DNA from: a virus
Lineage: Duplodnaviria > Heunggongvirae > Uroviricota > Caudoviricetes
Reading direction: 5' to 3' (one strand)
DNA: 31,729 bases
Virus record (IMG/VR): IMGVR_UViG_3300045988_181180
Part shown: one piece after another, positions 25,771 through 31,729 of the stretch
Layout of the letters: the number at the start of each line of letters is the position of its first letter
Position numbering within the stretch: the stretch's first letter is position 1
The notes under the pieces: model-generated
The model's input: only the letters and a program-made list of their open reading frames with translations
What the model was told of the DNA's origin: nothing
The model's database searches: none
Position numbers and translations under genes: made by a program

Positions 25771-25951
25771 TCGTAACATGGGAAAAGAATTATAAATCAG
25801 CAAAAATCTGCCTATGAAATCAGCCCTCGTCTGCTTGCAAAAATAGTGAAAAATTGCTTGAAAATTTAGCCGAAAATATTTGCATAATTCAGATATTTTT
25901 TGTACCTTTGCACTATAACTTGGGGCTATCTATTCTATTATATATGGATGG

Positions 25952-28906
25952 CTAGAAAGGTTTATCACTATCTTTATCTACCTTGCTCCAGTCAATGGTA
26001 GATTGATATTCACCCCCAGCTGCAGGGACATCAGCCTTGGCAGCTTGTTTATCCTCTTTTTTATCATCACTCTTCTTGCTTCGGAGATAGATCATCTCGA
26101 CAGGGCTGCCGTCTGGGTTAGCTGGATCGCGTCTGATGATGCGGTGCTGGCTGTTGCAGAGATCAGCTGGGTTCAGCTCTTGGATGTATGGACACAGCTC
26201 GACGAAGGCTCTGAGCTTTTTGGTGAAGCTCTGTGTGGTCGCCTTGTTGATGCCTGAGAACTGCTTGAAGTCATTGAACGCACGCTCTCTCACGATAAAT
26301 GTATCGAGTCGCTCGCTCTCTTCTGAGAAGTAGGATGCAGCCCAGTCTTCGAAGTTGACACCCATGTCGGCCTTGAACTTGCGCTTGATGATGTTATCCA
26401 TCGGTGGCATGATCTTGATAGGTTCGCCAGCCAAGGAGAGATAGAAACGACAGCACTGCAGGAAAAAGTTGATGTCAGCATTCCACTCATCCTCAGTGTA
26501 TGTCTTTGAGAAGAGATCTTCGTCGAAGTCATCACGGATGCTTCGGGTCTCTTGGTAATCATTCTCCTCTGTGCGCTGATGGTAATAGTCGGAGAACACC
26601 ATATAGAGCAGTCTCGCCTCTGAGGAAGGGTCGAAGTCTGCCGGCACGTAGTTGGTGGTGAAGGCAATCTTCGGGCTATCCTCGAAAGGAATTGTGAAGC
26701 TCTGGTTGTTCTTTGGGTTGACTGTCATATCTGAAGTAATGTTATCGTAAAATAAACCTGTGTTGAGATAGCGGTCACAGTCATCGAGGAGCAGCATCTG
26801 GGTGTGCTGTGTCACCTGATCGAAGACGTGTGGGTTGTCCATCAGCTTAGGGTTGCGTCCGGAAAGCTTGACTGTTTTCATCAGCAGTGAAAGCGTCTTG
26901 AAGAAGAAACTCTTACCGGAACGGCCGTTGCACTCGTTGTTTTCACCAATCTTGTTGTCCATCGCCATCGGAGCCCAAGCCCTGGATGGTGCCTTGTAAT
27001 GATGGAGCATGTAGCCGAAGGTGAAAATCTTGTTTATCAAGTTCTGCTTTTGCTCTTGTATCTCGTTGTCGGCAAGCCCTTCGCCAGCGATGTCGAAGAG
27101 GTGTGCCTTGTGGTATGCCTCTTTCTCCTCGATGCTCTTGTCCTCAAAAGCATACTCTAGCTCTTTGCGCCAGTAGGTGCGAGAGGCGTTGATGAGATAG
27201 CCGAAGAAGTGGGACTTCACGTTCTTGACCTCGATGTCGAACTTCGGCCTGCCATCCTCGTCGATGGTTCGTGTGATGGAGAACATGTCATCCAACTTCT
27301 TGAAGTTGTGGTTGATGACATTCTCTTGCCAAACATAGTTTTTGAGCGAGCTGCCCTCACGCTGGTACTCGTTTAGTCCATCTTTGGTGACCTCGACGCT
27401 GACACGAGGGAAGAAGAACAACTGCGAGTGGTTGGTGTAGCTGGTGAAGTCTAGCGTAATCTCTTGGAGCGAGTCGAGCGCCGATGCCGACAGCTTTGGC
27501 GTGTTGAGCACCAAGTTAAGGATGTCACGCTTCTCAGCTCTCTCGATGACCCATTGGCGGCAGAACTCACGGATGTCTCTCGTGGTGATGAGCTTGACGA
27601 TGTTGCCCGTGATGCGAACATATTTGGTGATGGTCGAGTTGTCATCGTGCAAGGTATAGAAACCATTGAGACGAAGAAAATTGTAGAGGCACGCCGTGTC
27701 GATGTAGTGGTCCCAGGTGTTAGCCTTTTTGTTGAGCTTGCTCACCCAAAATCGGGCTGGCATCGCCAGTGTCATGAGGTTGCGGAAGTCTTTGCGAGTA
27801 TTGCGCAGCTCCATCCAGTCTCGCAGGTCTTTGCGCCCCTTGCCACGGTTGTCGTGGTAGGTGCGAAGCCAAGAAGGCAACCATATCGTATGGATGTCGA
27901 TGAAGCGCAGGGCAAGCTCTGTGCCCTTGGCGATGCCCGTCTCGTCGATGTCGGGTATATTGTAGAGCACCTCGACATACTTCATAATCTCTCGGTACTC
28001 CTCGTCGCTGAGCTTGTAGGTCTCGGAGTTGAACCATAACGGGTTGTAGCCCATGGAACGGCAGCAGAGACTGTCACGCTCGCCACTGCAGATGAAAGCC
28101 TCGGGAAGTTTCTTCTCCTTGTAAGGCTTGGACTCGTCTGTGTTGGTCTTGTTGTACTCAGCCTCTTCACGGCGGTTGAACTCGTGATAGGCAGCCTTCA
28201 GCTCAGCTAGGCCATTGATGTATTGCTTAGGCTTGATGCCGTCTGGGGTGTAAGAGAATCGCCACTGCTTTTGGTAGTTGAGAGGCTCATATATCTTGTA
28301 GAACTTAACCTCAGGCTTGTCGCCTTCAGCTGGGCGAACCAAGCACTCACGCATAAAGATAGGGTAGTGCTCGTTGCTGTGCTTAATCTTGACCTTGCGG
28401 TCTTTGACGTATCCTATCCACTTGGCGGAATGCCAGTTGAGTGCATCGACGTGCTCTTGCTTGACGTTTGGACCCAGTACCTTCAGTTCATCCTCGGTGA
28501 ACTTCTCGTTCAGCTCGAAAGGTCTGGTACCATCTTTCTCGTTGATGGTGGCATCACGCTCTGTGAATGTAGGCTTGTTGACCTCTTTTTTGAGTTCATC
28601 GCTAACGTTGTATTCGGAAGCCAGTCTCAGGATGGCATCAGGAAAGCGGTCGATGCACTTCTCTCTCATGTAGAGGTCGATAGGTGACTCGGCAGAGCCG
28701 TCGCCGCCGAAGTCAGTCACTCGCCAGCAGTCTTTGAACTTTTTGAGACTGCAGGAAGGTGTTTTCTCATTGCGGATGGCAAAGTGCTTTTTAGGCGTGC
28801 CAGTCGTGCAATATTTCTGGACGCATTCTTTTGCGTCCGGGTATAGTGAGATGATGATGTCGAGACCATCATCTGTAGCTTGATAAATTTGTTCTGCTTT
28901 GATCAT
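25952..28906 (-). CDS. Putative replicative primase-helicase (P4/D5-like, SF3-type P-loop NTPase)
   Basis: The track start at 28936 is a TTG; the first ATG at 28906 gives 984 aa. Walker A ECNGRSGKSFFFKTL and Walker B-like MLLLDDCD in the C-terminal half. -7 box TAATTTTG 27 nt upstream; hairpin plus T-tract terminator downstream. Confidence 0.6.
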   Translation of the reverse strand: MIKAEQIYQATDDGLDIIISLYPDAKECVQKYCTTGTPKKHFAIRNEKTPSCSLKKFKDCWRVTDFGGDGSAESPIDLYMREKCIDRFPDAILRLASEYNVSDELKKEVNKPTFTERDATINEKDGTRPFELNEKFTEDELKVLGPNVKQEHVDALNWHSAKWIGYVKDRKVKIKHSNEHYPIFMRECLVRPAEGDKPEVKFYKIYEPLNYQKQWRFSYTPDGIKPKQYINGLAELKAAYHEFNRREEAEYNKTNTDESKPYKEKKLPEAFICSGERDSLCCRSMGYNPLWFNSETYKLSDEEYREIMKYVEVLYNIPDIDETGIAKGTELALRFIDIHTIWLPSWLRTYHDNRGKGRKDLRDWMELRNTRKDFRNLMTLAMPARFWVSKLNKKANTWDHYIDTACLYNFLRLNGFYTLHDDNSTITKYVRITGNIVKLITTRDIREFCRQWVIERAEKRDILNLVLNTPKLSASALDSLQEITLDFTSYTNHSQLFFFPRVSVEVTKDGLNEYQREGSSLKNYVWQENVINHNFKKLDDMFSITRTIDEDGRPKFDIEVKNVKSHFFGYLINASRTYWRKELEYAFEDKSIEEKEAYHKAHLFDIAGEGLADNEIQEQKQNLINKIFTFGYMLHHYKAPSRAWAPMAMDNKIGENNECNGRSGKSFFFKTLSLLMKTVKLSGRNPKLMDNPHVFDQVTQHTQMLLLDDCDRYLNTGLFYDNITSDMTVNPKNNQSFTIPFEDSPKIAFTTNYVPADFDPSSEARLLYMVFSDYYHQRTEENDYQETRSIRDDFDEDLFSKTYTEDEWNADINFFLQCCRFYLSLAGEPIKIMPPMDNIIKRKFKADMGVNFEDWAASYFSEESERLDTFIVRERAFNDFKQFSGINKATTQSFTKKLRAFVELCPYIQELNPADLCNSQHRIIRRDPANPDGSPVEMIYLRSKKSDDKKEDKQAAKADVPAAGGEYQSTIDWSKVDKDSDKPF

Positions 28907-28933
28907 AATTCTTTTCCATTGTAAATTTTCTTG

Positions 28934-28941
28934 CAAAATTA
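28934..28941 (-). promoter_or_regulatory. Candidate -7 promoter box (TAATTTTG) for the primase-helicase gene
   Basis: Plus strand CAAAATTA, 27 nt upstream of the ATG at 28906. Confidence 0.4.
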
Positions 28942-29074
28942 TTGCAAGGCGAGTTCAAAACAAAATACTTATTTTTTGTCGCATAGAGCCTTTGGCTCAT
29001 ACTCGACGTATCTGTGGAGAGGGTGGCAGTATCTGCCATTGATGCAGTTGCTGCCATCCTCGCACTTTTGGCAT

Positions 29075-29386
29075 TTAATCGGTGGCATCGACTTTTATAT
29101 CAAAAGTGTCGTTGTGTAGCAACATCTTGGTATGAACATAAATTGGTTTTTGTTCATCCTCATCCCATCCAACCTCTCGGAAGTCTCTGCCATCGATATA
29201 GCATTCGGTGGCGTATCCTTTGTCGGTCCACTCTACGATATGGTCTTTGTCGAACTCGTCTCTTGCTGGCACTGTAGCCAGAACACGAGTGCCAAACTTG
29301 CTGTAGCTAATCTCGTGTATAGTGACGTTAGGGTATTTCTCGATGATTGCCTCCTCGATAGATTTTGTCTTAGTCTTCTTTTTCAT
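29075..29386 (-). CDS. Hypothetical early protein
   Basis: 103-aa ORF with ATG start in the early operon; overlaps the upstream gene by 17 nt. Confidence 0.45.
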   Translation of the reverse strand: MKKKTKTKSIEEAIIEKYPNVTIHEISYSKFGTRVLATVPARDEFDKDHIVEWTDKGYATECYIDGRDFREVGWDEDEQKPIYVHTKMLLHNDTFDIKVDATD

Positions 29387-29576
29387 TGTTCTTCATTCTG
29401 AATTTAACAATACCTGCCACGATGCCGTCTTCTTGGTCATCGTAGAACATATTTAAATCTGTTGTGCCCTTATGGAGTGTACCATAGGACACGTCAACGG
29501 CAACGCTGGCATCCTCGAAATCTTTGAGGATGGCTTGAAGCTGTTTGCTGTTGCATCTGACTGTCATTTTTCCCAT
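29370..29576 (-). CDS. Hypothetical early protein
   Basis: 68-aa ORF with ATG start; 13-nt overlap with the upstream gene. Confidence 0.4.
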   Translation of the reverse strand: MGKMTVRCNSKQLQAILKDFEDASVAVDVSYGTLHKGTTDLNMFYDDQEDGIVAGIVKFRMKNNEKED

Positions 29577-29782
29577 GATCCATCATTGATAATTTGCTCG
29601 ATGACCTCTCTGTCGATGGCACGCCAAGTATTGGTGCGCATCTTATTGTAGATGGTGTTCTGGCTCATCTCTAGCTTTAGCTGCAGTGTGGCCATGAACT
29701 TGCTTCTCTTTTTGCGTGGTATCTCATTATACCATGCGAGGATGATATTTTCATCATCATTTTTTTTGTTTTTTTCTTGCAT
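29564..29782 (-). CDS. Small basic protein, possible Cro/Xis-like DNA-binding protein; first gene of the early operon
   Basis: 72-aa ORF with ATG start, divergent from the HTH regulator gene; -7 box TAACTTTG 28 nt upstream. DNA-binding role is inferred from the basic composition and position. Confidence 0.45.
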   Translation of the reverse strand: MQEKNKKNDDENIILAWYNEIPRKKRSKFMATLQLKLEMSQNTIYNKMRTNTWRAIDREVIEQIINDGSWEK

Positions 29783-29799
29783 ATTCCAATATTTATTAT

Positions 29800-29807
29800 T
29801 AATTTTG
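29800..29807 (+). promoter_or_regulatory. Candidate -7 promoter box (TAATTTTG) for the HTH regulator gene
   Basis: Only TAnnTTTG match in the divergent intergenic region on the plus strand; 96 nt upstream of the ATG at 29904, so it would imply a long leader. Confidence 0.3.
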
Positions 29808-29810
29808 TTG

Positions 29811-29818
29811 CAAAGTTA
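29811..29818 (-). promoter_or_regulatory. Candidate -7 promoter box (TAACTTTG) for the early operon
   Basis: Plus strand CAAAGTTA, 28 nt upstream of the ATG at 29782; back to back with a plus-strand box at 29800..29807. Confidence 0.45.
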
Positions 29819-29903
29819 GTAATAAAAATCGGAAAATACTAACGAAAGTAAGTAAAAACACCTATGATAATAGGTTAAATATTATTAATTAAATTAGATA
29901 ATT

Positions 29904-30281
29904 ATGTTTAATGGTCAGATAATCAGAAAGTTAATGTCGGATGCTGGCTTAACTAAAAAAGAGTTTGAAAGACGTATGTTCGGTAGTAAATCGACCGACC
30001 TCAACCATTTGGAAAAAGCGAAGAATCTTCGCAGTGACACTCTCGAACGTCTGCGTGAGGTGTTGAAGTGCTCTATGGATGACTTCTTTACAGCACCCTC
30101 ATGGGCTGAGAACGGAAAGGGGACAGTCGTAGGCTCTAACAATGTGCTGTCAACAGTAGCCATCGGCAACGAAGTGATGGAAGCCCAATATCTCAAGGAG
30201 TTGCTCTTGGAGAAGGACAAACGCATCAGCACTTTGGAAAATTATATCAAGCTTCTGGAGACTAACTTAAATAAGGACTAA
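29904..30281 (+). CDS. HTH (XRE/Cro-CI-like) transcriptional regulator with C-terminal coiled coil; repressor candidate
   Basis: 125 aa. N-terminal segment SKSTDLNHLEKAKNLRSDTLERLREVLKCSMDDFF resembles XRE-type HTH domains. Only plus-strand gene of the element and divergent from the early operon. Confidence 0.6.
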   Translation: MFNGQIIRKLMSDAGLTKKEFERRMFGSKSTDLNHLEKAKNLRSDTLERLREVLKCSMDDFFTAPSWAENGKGTVVGSNNVLSTVAIGNEVMEAQYLKELLLEKDKRISTLENYIKLLETNLNKD

Positions 30282-30494
30282 TACGAAACATAATTCGTAA
30301 GATGAATCCTTATATATAATAAGGTGTATAAAATATATCGTATAATCTCAGCAGTGATATCCAACTCGTTAGTCTTGCCGCCGCAACAATGCAAATCGGG
30401 TAGAAAGTTGTTCTTCAACATTCTATCCGATATTTTTTTTATCCCTTTATTTATAATTTAACACTAAATATTTGCATATATCGAATAAAACAAC

Positions 30495-30502
30495 TAATTT
30501 TG
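30495..30502 (+). promoter_or_regulatory. Candidate -7 promoter box (TAATTTTG) for the TetR-family gene
   Basis: TAATTTTG 49 nt upstream of the ATG at 30552. Confidence 0.3.
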
Positions 30503-30551
30503 CACACAGATATTTTTATGTGCAATCATTTTAATTAGGAGGGACTTCAAT

Positions 30552-31148
30552 ATGTCAATTTCCAAAACAAGACAAAAGTTAGTAGATGTTGCTCGACAAC
30601 TGTTTGCTAAGAACGGTATAGCTAATACCACTATGAATGATATTGCTGTAGCTTCTGGTAAGGGTCGCCGTACGCTCTATACGTATTTTAGCAGAAAAGA
30701 AGATGTCTATTATGCTGTGATAGAATCAGAGTTGGATCGTTTGTCTGAGAAACTCGATGAAGTTGCCTCTTGCAAAATGCGTCCTCAAGATAAAATCATT
30801 GAGCTTATTTATACACATCTCAGTATGATTAAGGAAACTGTAGTTCGTAATGGTAATTTGCGAGCTGAGTTTTTCCGTAATATCTGGATGGTAGAGAAGG
30901 CTCGCAAGAATTTTGATGAGGATGAAATTGAGATTCTGAGAAAGATTTATTCTGAAGGAAAGGAAGACGGTGAGTTTGACATTGATAATGTTGATCTCGT
31001 TGCAGATATTACTCATTATTGTATCAAGGGCTTGGAAGTACCATTCATCTATGGACGCCTGGGACATGGACTGAATGTGCAATCAAGCAGACCTCTTGTT
31101 GCTAAGGTAGTATATGGTGCCTTAGGTAAATCTGGATTGAAATTGTAA
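30552..31148 (+). CDS. TetR/AcrR-family transcriptional regulator
   Basis: 198 aa. N-terminal TetR-type HTH signature (RQKLVDVARQLFAKNGIANTTMNDIAVASGKGRRTLYTYF). AGGAGG sits 9 nt upstream of the ATG; AT-rich. Confidence 0.85.
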   Translation: MSISKTRQKLVDVARQLFAKNGIANTTMNDIAVASGKGRRTLYTYFSRKEDVYYAVIESELDRLSEKLDEVASCKMRPQDKIIELIYTHLSMIKETVVRNGNLRAEFFRNIWMVEKARKNFDEDEIEILRKIYSEGKEDGEFDIDNVDLVADITHYCIKGLEVPFIYGRLGHGLNVQSSRPLVAKVVYGALGKSGLKL

Positions 31149-31178
31149 TTTATTGATTATTAATTAAATATAAAAGAA

Positions 31179-31729
31179 ATGGGATTATTAAGTGGTAAGA
31201 CAGCACTTGTTACAGGTGCTGCACGCGGCATCGGTAAGGCTGTCGCAATGAAATTTGCATCTGAAGGTGCTAATATCGCATTCACTGACCTCGTACTCAA
31301 CGACGATATGGCTGCTGGTTTGGAAGCTACTCGTAAGGAGATTGAGGCTCTTGGCGTAACATGTCGTGCTTACGCTGGTAATGCTGCTGATTTCGAGGAG
31401 ACAGAGAAGACTGTGAAGCAGATTCATGCAGATTTCGGTTCTATCGACATTCTCGTTAACAATGCTGGTATCACTAAGGACGGTTTGATGCTTCGTATGA
31501 CAGAGGCTCAGTGGGATGCTGTTTTGAACGTTAACTTGAAGTCTGCTTTCAACTTTATCCACGCTTGCTCTCCAGTCATGCTCCGTCAGCGCAGTGGTTC
31601 TATCATCAATATGGCTTCTGTTGTTGGTGTTCATGGTAACGCTGGTCAGTGCAACTATGCTGCTTCTAAGGCTGGTATGATTGCTTTGGCTAAGTCTATT
31701 GCTCAGGAGTTGGGTCCTAAGGGTGTACG
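31179..31729 (+). CDS. fabG: 3-oxoacyl-[acyl-carrier-protein] reductase FabG (SDR family), 3'-truncated by window edge
   Basis: Hand-translated from ATG 31179 with no stop to the window end. Shows TGAARGIGKA (Rossmann), NNAG and the catalytic YAASK motif. Not in the ORF track because it lacks a stop. Confidence 0.9.
   Translation, partial: MGLLSGKTALVTGAARGIGKAVAMKFASEGANIAFTDLVLNDDMAAGLEATRKEIEALGVTCRAYAGNAADFEETEKTVKQIHADFGSIDILVNNAGITKDGLMLRMTEAQWDAVLNVNLKSAFNFIHACSPVMLRQRSGSIINMASVVGVHGNAGQCNYAASKAGMIALAKSIAQELGPKGV

Larger units (their letters stand above)
1..30281. mobile_element. Phage-like element (prophage or phage contig); left end beyond window, right boundary somewhere in 30282..30551
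   Basis: Contiguous minus-strand block with large terminase (Walker A GGRGIGKS), ClpP-like prohead protease, capsid-size and tail-fibre-like proteins, primase-helicase and an HTH switch; host-like TetR and fabG follow on the plus strand. Confidence 0.7.

Noticed and set aside
25571-25803. Small minus-strand ORFs 25571..25756 and 25576..25803 in the iteron/palindrome region
   Set aside because: They overlap each other in different frames, span the terminator hairpin and palindromes, and give Pro/Trp/Cys-rich low-complexity peptides. The region is better interpreted as a noncoding origin or regulatory region.
23027-28936. Track start codons at 23035, 25209 and 28936
   Set aside because: These positions are TTG codons reported by the ORF finder; in each case an in-frame ATG lies 9 to 30 nt downstream (23026, 25197, 28906) with consistent spacing to a -7 box, so the ATG starts were used.
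30726-31634. Minus-strand ORFs 30726..31082 and 31188..31634
   Set aside because: They are antisense to the TetR-family gene and to fabG respectively, both of which have clear family motifs on the plus strand.
1-31729. CRISPR array, diversity-generating retroelement or retron
   Set aside because: No regularly spaced direct repeats with unique spacers were seen, and no ORF carries a reverse-transcriptase motif (no YxDD-containing candidate), so template/variable repeat pairs were not pursued.
1-31729. Integrase or recombinase for the phage-like element
   Set aside because: No ORF of suitable size with tyrosine- or serine-recombinase features was seen. If the element is integrated, the integrase probably lies beyond the left window edge.

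Overview
Almost the whole window (1 to about 30.3 kb) is one phage-like element, probably a prophage or phage contig, with 35 of its 36 genes on the minus strand. Only the last ~1.2 kb looks like host chromosome: a TetR-family regulator and a 5' fragment of fabG on the plus strand. Read in the direction of transcription (right to left), the element contains: a divergent HTH regulator and early operon; a P4/D5-like primase-helicase followed by an iteron-rich noncoding region; a head module (ClpP-like prohead protease with coiled-coil tail, putative major capsid protein); a packaging module ending in a clear large terminase; an accessory island (900 bp noncoding stretch, PRTase plus full-length RadC-like JAB protein, two tricistronic operons of small unknown proteins); and a long morphogenesis and tail-fibre operon that runs off the left edge. 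Promoters match the Bacteroidota-type -7 box (TAnnTTTG) and most genes lack Shine-Dalgarno sequences, so a Bacteroidota host is inferred. All product calls rest on motifs read by eye; no database search was possible. The best candidate for something new is the accessory island between the terminase and the virion genes. No CRISPR array, tRNA, integrase or reverse transcriptase was found.
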